From an uncultured Methanosarcinales archaeon (GTDB lineage: Archaea > Nanobdellota > Nanobdellia > Woesearchaeales > UBA11576): a stretch of 64,000 nucleotides of DNA. Position 1 is the stretch's first letter. Every line of letters starts with the position of its first letter. The stretch is from assembly GCA_964563755.1 (NCBI GenBank), contig CAZLYC010000001.1, positions 203,548-267,547 on the forward strand, read 5' to 3'. This document shows, piece after piece, positions 9,628 to 19,328 of the stretch. The position numbers and the translations under genes were made by a program. The notes under the pieces are model-generated. The model searched no databases and was not told the DNA's origin. It saw only the letters and a list, made by a program, of their open reading frames with translations.

Positions 9628-10035
9628 ATGAAAAACGCATTTTCAACAAGCTGGAAATCAAGCTCAAAACCGTCAAAGCAGAGGAAATACGCATACAATG
9701 CTCCCCTGCACATAAGACAGAAATTCGTCTCAGCACACCTGTCAAAGGAACTGAGGCAGAAATACAAGAAAAGGGCAATCCAGCTATGCAAAGGCGACAA
9801 GGTCAAGATACTCAGAGGACAGTTCAGCGGCAGAGAGAACAAGATAGAAAGAATAGACCTTAAGCAGACACTCATATACATATCAGGAGTGGAAAGGTCG
9901 AAGAAAGACGGCACGAAATCACTGCACCCAGTCCACCCATCAAACTTACTGATAACAGAGCTAAACCTGAACGACAAGGAAAGGAAGGCGAAACTCGAAA
10001 AGACAATCAAGGTCCAGAAGCAAGAGGTCAAATAA
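9628..10035 (+). CDS. rpl24: 50S ribosomal protein uL24
   Basis: KOW motif (KGDKVKILRGQFSGRE). Confidence 0.9.
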   Translation: MKNAFSTSWKSSSKPSKQRKYAYNAPLHIRQKFVSAHLSKELRQKYKKRAIQLCKGDKVKILRGQFSGRENKIERIDLKQTLIYISGVERSKKDGTKSLHPVHPSNLLITELNLNDKERKAKLEKTIKVQKQEVK

Positions 10036-10036
10036 A

Positions 10037-10741
10037 ATGCCCAGACGCCATCTAAAAAGAATAGCGGCACCAAGCACCTGGAGAATCAACAGGTCACAGA
10101 GGAAATACATATCAAGGCCACTCCCAGGAGGGCACAGCATGGAATATGCGATGTCCCTGACAGTAGCGATGAGGGATTTTATGGGCCTTGTTAAGACCGC
10201 AAAGGAGGCAAAAGGCATAATCAACACAAAGGATGTCTTTGTCGACAAGAAAAAGAGATCCGACGAGAAGCACCCTGTCGGCCTAATGGACATAATAGAG
10301 CTGCCGCAGCTTGAAGCGTACTTCAGAGTAACGCTTGACAGCAAGGGAAAAATCACAGTCGTAAAAGCAAGCGCAAAAGAAGCAAACACGAAGCTATCCA
10401 GGATAGAGTCAAAGACAAAACTTGCGGGCGGAAAAATCCAGCTCAACATGTTCGATGGAAGGAACCTGGCGATAGATAAGGACACATACAAGGTCGGAGA
10501 CACTCTGCTCCTCGCATTACCTGAACAGAAGATACTCGACCACATAAAGCTCGAGAAAGGCTCACTCGCGCTACTCATCGGCGGAAAGCACTCTGGTGCG
10601 ATAGCCAAGATAGAGGAAATAAGCGCAAACAGCATAATCTTAATGACATCAAAGAATCAGAAGTTCGAGACGCTAAAAAAATACGCATTCGTAGTAGGCA
10701 AGGACAAGCCGGCGCTCGACAGCCTGAAGCAAGCGAAGTAG
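10037..10741 (+). CDS. rps4e: 30S ribosomal protein eS4
   Basis: MPRRHLKRIAAPSTWRI N-terminus. Confidence 0.95.
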   Translation: MPRRHLKRIAAPSTWRINRSQRKYISRPLPGGHSMEYAMSLTVAMRDFMGLVKTAKEAKGIINTKDVFVDKKKRSDEKHPVGLMDIIELPQLEAYFRVTLDSKGKITVVKASAKEANTKLSRIESKTKLAGGKIQLNMFDGRNLAIDKDTYKVGDTLLLALPEQKILDHIKLEKGSLALLIGGKHSGAIAKIEEISANSIILMTSKNQKFETLKKYAFVVGKDKPALDSLKQAK

Positions 10742-10748
10742 ATAAAAA

Positions 10749-11261
10749 ATGAACCCGTGCCAACAGATCAGGATCGAGAAAATCACGCTCAACATAGGTG
10801 CAGGAACAAACATCGACAAGCTGGAGAAAGGTCTCAAGCTCCTCGAGATGATAACTGCCGCAAAGCCTGTCAAGACACTCTCGACAAAGAGGATAGCAGG
10901 ATGGGGCATAAGGCCTGGCCTACCGATAGGATGCAAGGTAACAATAAGAGGACCTAAAGCGATGACTATCCTCAAGCAGCTGCTCGGCGGAATCGACAAC
11001 AAGCTCAAGCCAAAACAGTTCGATGACGAAGGCAACCTTTCTTTCGGAATGAAGGAATACATAGACGTTCCAGGCCTCGAATACAGCCCAGAGATAGGCT
11101 CGATGGGATTCCAGGTCTGCGCGACGCTAGAAAGACCAGGATTCAGGGTAAAGAAGAGAAACGTGAACAAGAAGAAGCTAGGAAAAAAGCACAAGATAAC
11201 AAGGAAAGACGCGATAGAATTCATGAAATCAAATTTCAAAGCCATAATAGAGGAGGAATAA
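10749..11261 (+). CDS. rpl5: 50S ribosomal protein uL5
   Basis: Operon position. L5-like. Confidence 0.9.
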   Translation: MNPCQQIRIEKITLNIGAGTNIDKLEKGLKLLEMITAAKPVKTLSTKRIAGWGIRPGLPIGCKVTIRGPKAMTILKQLLGGIDNKLKPKQFDDEGNLSFGMKEYIDVPGLEYSPEIGSMGFQVCATLERPGFRVKKRNVNKKKLGKKHKITRKDAIEFMKSNFKAIIEEE

Positions 11262-11265
11262 ACGG

Positions 11266-11496
11266 ATGACAACATCAGACCATAAGAAGATGCTCGCACA
11301 GCTCAAGGTAAAGCCTGCTAAATTCAACAAGTTCATCAAGCACAACGCACCCAAGAAAAGGAGCTGCGGAATAAACCTGAACAAGTGCAGGAGATGCGGC
11401 ACATACCATGGTTTCATAAGCAAATACGGGCTCAACCTATGCAGACGATGCTTCAGGGAAGTCGGAACCAAGATGGGTTTCAAGAAATACAACTAA
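11266..11496 (+). CDS. rps14: 30S ribosomal protein uS14 (Zn-ribbon type)
   Basis: CGINLNKCRRCG...CRRCF zinc knuckle. Confidence 0.9.
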   Translation: MTTSDHKKMLAQLKVKPAKFNKFIKHNAPKKRSCGINLNKCRRCGTYHGFISKYGLNLCRRCFREVGTKMGFKKYN

Positions 11497-11508
11497 CGGT
11501 GGAAAAAA

Positions 11509-11901
11509 ATGTCACTAAATGATTCATTATCAAGCGCGATGTCAAAGATACAGAGCCACGAGAAGGTAGGCAAGAAGGACTGCATCATAAAACCGACATC
11601 AATCACTGTAAAAAGAGTCCTGGACATACTCAATGCAGAAGGGTATATAGGAGCTTATGAAGAAGTCGATGACTCAAAAGGAAAACATCTCAAGCTCAAC
11701 CTGCTCGGCAACATAAACAAGTGCGGCGCGATAAAGCCGACATTCTCAGTCAAGATAAATGATTACGACAAATTCGAGAAAAGATTCCTGCCCGCGAAGG
11801 GTTTTGGAGTGCTGATACTCACGACATCACAAGGACTCATGACACACTACAAGTCCAAAGAGAAGAAAATCGGCGGCAAGCTCGTCGCATACTGCTACTA
11901 A
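11509..11901 (+). CDS. rps8: 30S ribosomal protein uS8
   Basis: S8-like sequence in its operon position. Confidence 0.9.
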   Translation: MSLNDSLSSAMSKIQSHEKVGKKDCIIKPTSITVKRVLDILNAEGYIGAYEEVDDSKGKHLKLNLLGNINKCGAIKPTFSVKINDYDKFEKRFLPAKGFGVLILTTSQGLMTHYKSKEKKIGGKLVAYCY

Positions 11902-11902
11902 A

Positions 11903-12451
11903 ATGAGAATCAAGAAACAAGTCGAAAAAGTGAACGTGCCAGAGAAGGTACAGGTCGAGATAAATGGCAAGACCATAAAGATCAAAGGACCTAAAGGAGA
12001 GCTATCAAGGACATTTATATTCCCAAGAGTAGAGCTTTCACATGAGAACAACCAGGTGCTAGTCTTTGTCAAAGATTCAACAAAAGCAGAGAAGACACAG
12101 GTCGGCACGACAGCATCACACATAACAAACATGATGAAGGGCGTCACAGAAGGCCACACATACAAGCTCAAGATATGCTCAGGCCATTTCCCTATGAGCG
12201 TCGCCGTCACAGGAGACACATTCACGATAAAGAACTTCTTCGGAGAGAAAGTCCCGAGGACACTCAAGATAAAGGAAGGGGCGAAAGTCACTGTCTCAGG
12301 AAATGAGATAACTGTCGAAGGCATAGATATAGAGAAAGCAGGACAGGTGGCAGCAGACATAGAACTCCTCACAAGGATAGTCAAGCGCGACATAAGGATA
12401 TTCCAGGACGGAATATACATGACGCAGAAATCAAAGAAACAACTGATGTAA
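11903..12451 (+). CDS. rpl6: 50S ribosomal protein uL6
   Basis: L6-like sequence with two repeated domains. Confidence 0.9.
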   Translation: MRIKKQVEKVNVPEKVQVEINGKTIKIKGPKGELSRTFIFPRVELSHENNQVLVFVKDSTKAEKTQVGTTASHITNMMKGVTEGHTYKLKICSGHFPMSVAVTGDTFTIKNFFGEKVPRTLKIKEGAKVTVSGNEITVEGIDIEKAGQVAADIELLTRIVKRDIRIFQDGIYMTQKSKKQLM

Positions 12452-12453
12452 AA

Positions 12454-13056
12454 ATGGTAAACAAAGAAGCACTCCAGACAAGAGCAATATCAAAGAGAAA
12501 GAAACCCCTGTTCCTAAGACAGGACGCATTCAAGAGAAAGAGGCTCAAGAAACTCTGGAGAAGGCCGAGAGGCTCAGACAGCAAGACAAGGCTTAGAGTA
12601 AGAGGACAGGAAGCAAGACCTGAAGTAGGATGGGGCTCACCAAGAGCAGTGAAGGGCTGTGACAAATCAGGATTCCTGCCAATGGTAGTCAACAGCGTCG
12701 ATGACCTCCTCAAGATAGATGCGAAGACTCAAGGAGCAGTCATAGCATCCACAGTAGGCACAAAGAAAAAGATTGCGATACTAGAACAGGCAACATCAAA
12801 GAAGATAAGGATACTCAATGTCAAAGAATCCGAAAAGGCAGCGGCCAAACTGAAAGAGCAGTTCGAAAACAAGAAGAAAGAGAAACAGAAAATAAAGGAT
12901 GACAGGGAAAAGAAGAAAGAGACTGCCAAGAAAGAGGCCGAGAAGAAAAAATCAAAGGACGACAAGAAAGAGGAAAAGAAGGAAGAGCTCACGGATGAGC
13001 AGAAGAAAGAAGAGGAAAAGAAGGAGAAAGACAAGCTCCTCATCTCAACTCAATGA
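12454..13056 (+). CDS. rpl32e: 50S ribosomal protein eL32, with a long KE-rich tail
   Basis: L32e core (RRPRGSDSKTRLRVRG). The C-terminal about 90 aa are K/E low complexity. Confidence 0.9.
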   Translation: MVNKEALQTRAISKRKKPLFLRQDAFKRKRLKKLWRRPRGSDSKTRLRVRGQEARPEVGWGSPRAVKGCDKSGFLPMVVNSVDDLLKIDAKTQGAVIASTVGTKKKIAILEQATSKKIRILNVKESEKAAAKLKEQFENKKKEKQKIKDDREKKKETAKKEAEKKKSKDDKKEEKKEELTDEQKKEEEKKEKDKLLISTQ

Positions 13057-13066
13057 GGAATAAAAA

Positions 13067-13528
13067 ATGAAACTCAACGTCCAGAAAAGACTCGCAGCAT
13101 CAATCCTCAGGGCTTCGCCTAAAAGGATATGGTTCGACGATGAGAGGCTTGAAGACATAAAGGAATCGATAACCAAGCACGATCTCACATCACTCATAAA
13201 GGACGGAGCGATAAGGCTCAAGCCAGTCAAATCAATCTCAAGAGGCCGAGCAAGGAAGAAGAAGATACAGAAATCCAAAGGTCTCCAGAAAGGACACGGC
13301 TCAAGGAAAGGCGGCAAGAAGGCAAGATTCCCGAAGAAAGAGAACTGGATGGTAAAGATAAGGATCCAGAGAGAGTTCCTGAAAGAGCTAAGGAACAAGA
13401 AGATCATACCAAAGAAGACATACAGAGACCTGTACCTTAAATCCAAAGGAGGTTTCTTCAGGAGCAAGAGACACATCAAGCTATTCATAGAGGAGCAGAA
13501 CCTCGCGCAAAAGACAGCCAAGAAATAG
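13067..13528 (+). CDS. rpl19e: 50S ribosomal protein eL19
   Basis: MKLNVQKRLAASIL N-terminus. Confidence 0.9.
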   Translation: MKLNVQKRLAASILRASPKRIWFDDERLEDIKESITKHDLTSLIKDGAIRLKPVKSISRGRARKKKIQKSKGLQKGHGSRKGGKKARFPKKENWMVKIRIQREFLKELRNKKIIPKKTYRDLYLKSKGGFFRSKRHIKLFIEEQNLAQKTAKK

Positions 13529-13559
13529 ATTAAAATAAACAACACGAAAAAGAAACAAA

Positions 13560-14153
13560 ATGGCAACAAAGGACAAATACGGCAGAAGGAGAACAATCCC
13601 ATTCAGGAGAAAGCTTGAGGGAAAGACAAACTACATCAAGAGACTTGCGCTGCTGAAATCCGGCAGGTCAAGACTCGTCTTGAGGAAGTCCCTTAACACA
13701 GTCATCGCACAGGTAGTAGAATACAAGCCCCAGGGGGATAGCATACTCATATCCGCAACATCAAAAGAACTCAAGAAGTTCGGATGGAAAGGCCACACAG
13801 GCAATATCCCAAGCGCGTACCTAACCGGATTCCTCATCGGCACAAAGGCCAATAAGATGAAGATAAAAGACGCAATCGTCGACACGGGTCTTAGGGCACC
13901 CATAAGAGGCGGAAGGGTATTCGCAGCAATGAAAGGAGCGCTCGACGCAGGAATGGAGCTCAACTGCGGACAAGAGGCATTCCCAAAACCAGACAGGATA
14001 AGCGGAAAGCACATAGCGGACTATGCAAGCAAGATAAAGAATGACGCTCAGAAATACCAAAAGCAGTTCTCACGATACATAAAGGACGGAATGAAACCGG
14101 AAGAGCTGCCAAAACTGTTCGAAGAGACAAAAAAGAAGATACTCAGCTCATAA
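13560..14153 (+). CDS. rpl18: 50S ribosomal protein uL18
   Basis: YGRRRTIPFRRKLEGKTNY motif. Confidence 0.9.
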   Translation: MATKDKYGRRRTIPFRRKLEGKTNYIKRLALLKSGRSRLVLRKSLNTVIAQVVEYKPQGDSILISATSKELKKFGWKGHTGNIPSAYLTGFLIGTKANKMKIKDAIVDTGLRAPIRGGRVFAAMKGALDAGMELNCGQEAFPKPDRISGKHIADYASKIKNDAQKYQKQFSRYIKDGMKPEELPKLFEETKKKILSS

Positions 14154-14173
14154 TAAGAAACAAAGGAAACAAA

Positions 14174-14983
14174 ATGACAAAGGAAACAAGCCCAAAACCA
14201 GCGTCTGACGAGAAAGCAATCGTTCCGGAAATCGAGGAGCAGAAGCACCTCATAACACCGGTAGAAGAGGAAGAGATAGCATCATTAAAGGCCAAGCCCA
14301 CAGTAGACATAACTGCATGGAAGCCAAAGACGGCGCTCGGGAAGAAAGTCAAGTCAGGATCAGTATCAAACATAGACAGCATACTCAATAGCGAACAGAG
14401 CATACTCGAAGTAGAGATAGTAGATGCGCTGTTGCCATCACTCGAATCAGACCTGCTCCTCGTAGGACAGTCAAAAGGAAAGTTCGGCGGAGGACAGCGA
14501 AGGGTATTCAAGCAGACACAGAAGAAGACCAAGGAAGGCAACAAGCCAAGTTTCGCAACATTCGCAATCGTCGGAGACAAGGACGGCCACGTAGGCATGG
14601 GATACGGAAAAGCAAGAGAGACAGTCCCTGCAAGAGAGAAGGCAGTCAGGAAAGCCAAGCTCAACATAATCAAGATAAGACGCGGATGCGGCTCATGGCA
14701 GTGCAACTGCAAGGAACCACACTCGATACCATTCACAGTCGAAGGAAAATGCGGCTCAATAAAAGTCAGGCTGATGCCCGCACCTAAAGGAACAGGACTC
14801 TGCGCAGCAGGGGAAATCGCAAAGATACTCAAGATTGCAGGCATAAAGGACGTCTGGTCAAAGCCATTCGGCAACACGACATCAAGGATAAACCTGACAC
14901 TCGCAGTGTTCGACGCACTAAAAAAGCTCATGACAATGAAAGTCCAGGAGAAATACAAGCAGGTATTGAACCTCTCAGAATAA
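14174..14983 (+). CDS. rps5: 30S ribosomal protein uS5, with an N-terminal extension
   Basis: S5 dsRBD and C-terminal domain. An extra acidic leader of about 60 aa precedes them. Confidence 0.9.
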   Translation: MTKETSPKPASDEKAIVPEIEEQKHLITPVEEEEIASLKAKPTVDITAWKPKTALGKKVKSGSVSNIDSILNSEQSILEVEIVDALLPSLESDLLLVGQSKGKFGGGQRRVFKQTQKKTKEGNKPSFATFAIVGDKDGHVGMGYGKARETVPAREKAVRKAKLNIIKIRRGCGSWQCNCKEPHSIPFTVEGKCGSIKVRLMPAPKGTGLCAAGEIAKILKIAGIKDVWSKPFGNTTSRINLTLAVFDALKKLMTMKVQEKYKQVLNLSE

Positions 14984-14995
14984 AGGCTACGAAAA

Positions 14996-15406
14996 ATGGA
15001 AAAAGAAACAACACCAAAAACGCATAAGGCGACAGGAGAAAAACTGGCAGTAGTCAGGATAAGGAGCGCATCAAGAGCCAACCATGCAGTTCTTGACACG
15101 TTCAGGATGTTCAACCTAGACAGAAAATTCACATGCACGATAATAGAAAAGAGCCCTGTAACGATGGGCATGCTCAACAAGGTAAAGGATTTCTCGACAT
15201 TCGGCGAGATAGACGCTGAAACACTCAAGCTACTTCAGGAAAAGAGAGGAGAGAAGGACAAGGAAGGCAAGCTCAAGAAGTTCTTCAGGCTAGCTCCACC
15301 AAGAGGCGGATTCGAGCGAAAAGGACTCAAGGTCAGCTACTACGGCGGAGGCGCCCTGGGATACAGAGGACCTAACATGAGCAAGCTCATACAGAGAATG
15401 ATATGA
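14996..15406 (+). CDS. rpl30: 50S ribosomal protein uL30
   Basis: LAVVRIRSASRANHAV. Confidence 0.9.
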   Translation: MEKETTPKTHKATGEKLAVVRIRSASRANHAVLDTFRMFNLDRKFTCTIIEKSPVTMGMLNKVKDFSTFGEIDAETLKLLQEKRGEKDKEGKLKKFFRLAPPRGGFERKGLKVSYYGGGALGYRGPNMSKLIQRMI

Positions 15407-15431
15407 TAAATATGATAATCTGAGGTTAAAA

Positions 15432-15905
15432 ATGACCACTCACAGAAATAAGAAAGTAAGAAAACAGCGCGGAAGCAAGAACCACGGCAAAGGCATAGGA
15501 GCAAAGCATGCCAAAGGAGCAGGAAGCCGAGGCGGCCGCGGAATGGCAGGCTCAGGAAAAAGAGCAGACCAGAAAAAGCCATCAATATGGAAAGATGTCT
15601 ACTTCGGAAAGTTCGGATTCGTATCAAAATCAAGGACAGCAAAGATATACCCGATAAACATAAAGACAATAGAAGATACGCTTGAAACGCTTGTCAGAAG
15701 CGGAAAAGCCAAGCAGGAAAAAGACTCATTCACAATAGACCTCTCAGAGCTCGGCTACAACAAGCTCCTCAGCACAGGAAACCCGACAAAGAAACTCATA
15801 ATCACAGTAGCATACACGACCAAGACTGCCGCAGAGAAAATAAAGGCCGCAGGCGGCGAAGTCAAGGGAAAGGTCGTCGAAGAGAAGGCCGAAAAAGCGA
15901 AATAA
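15432..15905 (+). CDS. rpl15: 50S ribosomal protein uL15
   Basis: Gly-rich N-terminus (KGAGSRGGRGMAGSG). Confidence 0.9.
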   Translation: MTTHRNKKVRKQRGSKNHGKGIGAKHAKGAGSRGGRGMAGSGKRADQKKPSIWKDVYFGKFGFVSKSRTAKIYPINIKTIEDTLETLVRSGKAKQEKDSFTIDLSELGYNKLLSTGNPTKKLIITVAYTTKTAAEKIKAAGGEVKGKVVEEKAEKAK

Positions 15906-15940
15906 TCCTTTCAAAAATCCAAAAAAGAAGCCGGTGAACA

Positions 15941-17329
15941 ATGGCGCTCTTTGAAAACATAATAAGCTACCTTCCTGAAGTCGCGAAGCCGACACAAAGA
16001 AGACTTTCTTTCAAAGAAAAACTCAAATGGACAGGAATATGCCTGCTACTTTTCTTCGCACTTGGACTAGTTCCTCTTTTTGGACTAGGACAGAACGCAC
16101 TACAGCAATTTGAATACCTATCGATAATCCTAGGAGCGCAGTTCGGCTCAGTGATATCACTAGGAATCGGACCACTAGTTACAGCATCAATAGTCCTTCA
16201 GCTACTCAACGGTTCAGGACTCGTCAAGTTCGACCAGTCATCACACGAAGGAAGAAGAAGGTTCCAGGGAACACAGAAAATAATGAACATCTTCTTCGTA
16301 TTATTCGAGGCAGCAATATATGTCTTCATGGGAGGACTCGCGCCGCCAGCAGAGCTCGCAGGCACTGTCTTATACTGGCAGCTAGAGCTGTTCCTTGTAT
16401 TCCAACTATTCCTCGGTGGAGTACTCATTATGTTCATGGACGAAGTAGTTTCAAAATGGGGATTCGGATCAGGAATCAGCCTTTTCATCGTCGCTAATGT
16501 CGCACAGTCAGTATTCATGCAAGCGCTTAGCCCGCTCCAAAGCCCAACAAACCCTGAAATAGCAAGCGGAGCAATACCTGCACTGTTCCAAAGCCTTGCC
16601 GGAGGAGACGCAGTCACAGCAGGACTACAAATCTCGGTTGTCATCGCAACGATAGTCGTATTCGGCGTCGCAGTATACGCCCAAGCAATGAAGATTGAGA
16701 TACCATTATCATTCGGACGCGTAAGAGGACACGGCATAAGATGGCCGCTCTCATTCATATACACATCAAACATACCAGTCATACTTGTAGCAGCACTTCT
16801 TGCTAACATACAGCTGTTCGGAAGGCTACTTCAGAACTGGGGACATCCGTTTCTTGGAACGTTCGTCGGCAACTCGCCTTCGACGGGACTTGTTGCGTGG
16901 CTGTACTCTCCAGACATACTCGGCAAGTTAATAAGAGGCAGCATAACCGGAGCAGATTTTGGACACGCTTTCGTATACATCATATTCATGATTTCAGGAG
17001 CTGTCATGTTCAGCATATTCTGGGTACAGACATCAGGCATGGACGCAAGAAGCCAAGCAGACAAGATAATGGCATCAGGACTGCAGATACCAGGATTTAG
17101 GAAAGACCCAAGGATACTGGAAAAAGTCCTCGACAGGTACATAGGCCCTCTCACTGTGATGGGTGCGATAGCTGTAGGTCTCATAGCTTCATTAGCAGAC
17201 CTCACAGGAGCGTTTGGCAATGGGACAGGAATACTCTTGTCAGTCATGATAGTCTACAGGATGTACGAAGACATAGCCAAGCAGCACATGATGGACATGC
17301 ATCCGATGATGCGAAAATTCATGGAATAA
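15941..17329 (+). CDS. secY: Preprotein translocase subunit SecY
   Basis: 462 aa with 10 TM segments and SecY signature segments. Follows rpl15 as in all archaea. Confidence 0.95.
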   Translation: MALFENIISYLPEVAKPTQRRLSFKEKLKWTGICLLLFFALGLVPLFGLGQNALQQFEYLSIILGAQFGSVISLGIGPLVTASIVLQLLNGSGLVKFDQSSHEGRRRFQGTQKIMNIFFVLFEAAIYVFMGGLAPPAELAGTVLYWQLELFLVFQLFLGGVLIMFMDEVVSKWGFGSGISLFIVANVAQSVFMQALSPLQSPTNPEIASGAIPALFQSLAGGDAVTAGLQISVVIATIVVFGVAVYAQAMKIEIPLSFGRVRGHGIRWPLSFIYTSNIPVILVAALLANIQLFGRLLQNWGHPFLGTFVGNSPSTGLVAWLYSPDILGKLIRGSITGADFGHAFVYIIFMISGAVMFSIFWVQTSGMDARSQADKIMASGLQIPGFRKDPRILEKVLDRYIGPLTVMGAIAVGLIASLADLTGAFGNGTGILLSVMIVYRMYEDIAKQHMMDMHPMMRKFME

Positions 17330-17330
17330 A

Positions 17331-18125
17331 ATGTTTGAATCAATCCTAGACCCAATATTCTCGCCGTTGCTCAGGTTGATACCAATCATAGGCATAGCAA
17401 TAATCTCGCTTCTAATATCCCTGATAATCACCATCGTCTACAAGTACATGACAGACCAGACGATGATGAAAGACCTCAAGATGAGGCAGAAAGACTTCCA
17501 GAAAAAGATGAAGGAAAACAAGCAGAATCCTGAGAAACTCATGAAGCTACAGAAAGAAGCGATGGAAGTCAACATGAAATACATGACCCAGAGCTTCAAG
17601 CCGACACTCATAACATTCCTGCCGATAATAATCATATTCGGCTGGCTCAACGCAAACATAGCATACGAACCAATACTGCCTGGACAGGAGTTCTCTGTCA
17701 CGCTATTGTTCAACCAAGGATATACAGGCAATGTGACACTAGAAGAAGAAAGCCTTAAACAGATAGGCGGAGAATCGATTCTCAAGCTCGTCGGAGATGC
17801 GACACAAGAGATAAATGACGGGCAGGCAGCATTCAAATTCAAGGGAAAAGAGGGAAATTACAACATCATACTCAAATACGATGAGAAAGTATACGAGAAG
17901 GACATACTGATAACAATGGAACAGAAATACGCGTCTGTACAGAAACTCCTTAAGAAAGACCCTGTGAAGTCAATAACTCTTAGCAACAACAAGCTCATAG
18001 CGATAAACATCTTTGGCAAAGATGAAGGAGGACTCCTAAGCGGAAGAGTTGGCTGGCTCGGCACATACATAATATTCTCTATAATCTTCAGCATGGCGCT
18101 GAGAAAAATGCTCAACATATACTGA
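17331..18125 (+). CDS. DUF106/EMC3-like membrane protein (Oxa1-superfamily insertase homologue), with a C-terminal extension
   Basis: Topology is TM, coiled coil (MKDLKMRQKDFQKKMKE...) and a TM hairpin, as in archaeal DUF106. Lies directly downstream of secY. Confidence 0.6.
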   Translation: MFESILDPIFSPLLRLIPIIGIAIISLLISLIITIVYKYMTDQTMMKDLKMRQKDFQKKMKENKQNPEKLMKLQKEAMEVNMKYMTQSFKPTLITFLPIIIIFGWLNANIAYEPILPGQEFSVTLLFNQGYTGNVTLEEESLKQIGGESILKLVGDATQEINDGQAAFKFKGKEGNYNIILKYDEKVYEKDILITMEQKYASVQKLLKKDPVKSITLSNNKLIAINIFGKDEGGLLSGRVGWLGTYIIFSIIFSMALRKMLNIY

Positions 18126-18132
18126 TTCTGCC

Positions 18133-19161
18133 ATGAGCGAGACAAAAAAGCTCATAGAACAAGCACATGAGATTTTCAGGAAGAACCAAAAGCCAGAAGG
18201 CTGGTTCGGGAGATGCATATTCCTAAGCTGGTACTGCGACCTCGGCACATGCGACTTCTGCTTCCGCTCGACTATAAGACACAAGGCAAGATACGCGAAG
18301 ACCGCCAAAAGAGAGCTTTCAGCAATACTTGCGGAAGCGCTGATAAGCAAGAACCTCGGCTGGAGAATCGAATTCCTCACAGGAGGCTACAGGATATTCT
18401 CGTTTAACGAGATGCTTGACATAACAAAGAAGATACACCAGATATACGAACAGAAGCTCTGGATAAACCTCGGCACAATTGAAAGGGAGAAACTTCTTGA
18501 GATGAAACCCTTTGTCGAAGGAGTATGCGCATCAATTGAAACAATAAATCCGGAACTTCATGACAGGATATGCCCTGACAAGCCGATAGAGCCATATTCA
18601 AAGATGCTTTTTCTTGCTAAAGAGCTCGGATTCAAGACGAGCATGACAATCGTGATAGGTCTTGGTGAAAAACAAGAGGACTTTCCTCTACTTGAACGGT
18701 TTATAGATGAACATAAGCTTGATAGGATAACATTCTACGCACTAAAGCCAGTCAAAGGCACAAGATACACAAAAAGCCCTGAGGCCGATGATTATGCCTG
18801 GTGGATAGCTAAGACAAGGATAAGATTCCCTAACATTGAGATAATCGCAGGCCTGACACCAAAAAAGGGCGAAGAGTACGCAGGACTGATACTTAAAGCA
18901 GGAGCGAACGCAATAACAAAATTCCCGATAGTCAAGAAATTCAACTCAAGACAAGCACAAGAGATAGAACGACAGGCAAAATCCGATAGGGAGTTCAAAG
19001 GAACACTGACAAAAATGCCTGAGATAGACTGGAACAGCGAGATAGAGAAACTGCCTTTCGAGCAGGAGCTAAAGGCAGATATCAAGCAAAAGATCAGATG
19101 CATAGTCTCAAAGATGAAAGGCGAAAAGAACACGACAATCATCAGTGATGATTACGAATGA
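18133..19161 (+). CDS. Radical SAM-like TIM-barrel enzyme (non-canonical Cx4Cx2C)
   Basis: CDLGTCDFC cluster near the N-terminus. Partial beta/alpha barrel organisation with a BioB-like feel. Confidence 0.4.
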   Translation: MSETKKLIEQAHEIFRKNQKPEGWFGRCIFLSWYCDLGTCDFCFRSTIRHKARYAKTAKRELSAILAEALISKNLGWRIEFLTGGYRIFSFNEMLDITKKIHQIYEQKLWINLGTIEREKLLEMKPFVEGVCASIETINPELHDRICPDKPIEPYSKMLFLAKELGFKTSMTIVIGLGEKQEDFPLLERFIDEHKLDRITFYALKPVKGTRYTKSPEADDYAWWIAKTRIRFPNIEIIAGLTPKKGEEYAGLILKAGANAITKFPIVKKFNSRQAQEIERQAKSDREFKGTLTKMPEIDWNSEIEKLPFEQELKADIKQKIRCIVSKMKGEKNTTIISDDYE

Positions 19162-19174
19162 TACGAACGTTCCA

Positions 19175-19272
19175 ATGAATGCCGTGCTCGCACAGATTCT
19201 TTAATAATGAGTTGTTTGCCGAACTGCAGGGTAAACTGCTTTTTTATCACTTGCTCGCTAGACGTCATTCAT
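19175..19272. repeat. Copy 1 of a ~95-bp element with about 10-bp terminal inverted repeats (ATGAATGCCG...CGTCATTCAT)
   Basis: Shares three conserved boxes with 26322..26416 (atgccgYgctcgcacaga / ttgccSaactgca / tgctcgctagRcgKcat). The spacers between boxes are variable but equal in length. Confidence 0.55.
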
Positions 19273-19328
19273 TTTAAAGTAATGTACAAAATATTTAAAT
19301 AAGCCAGAGGCATATTGAGCCCTAAAAG

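Noticed and set aside
19175-19272. C/D-box sRNA interpretation of the duplicated ~95-bp element
   Set aside because: The terminal GTGATGC is only a partial C-box. There is no convincing D or D' box (CUGA), and the length is about twice that of archaeal C/D sRNAs. A MITE-like or other structured element fits better.
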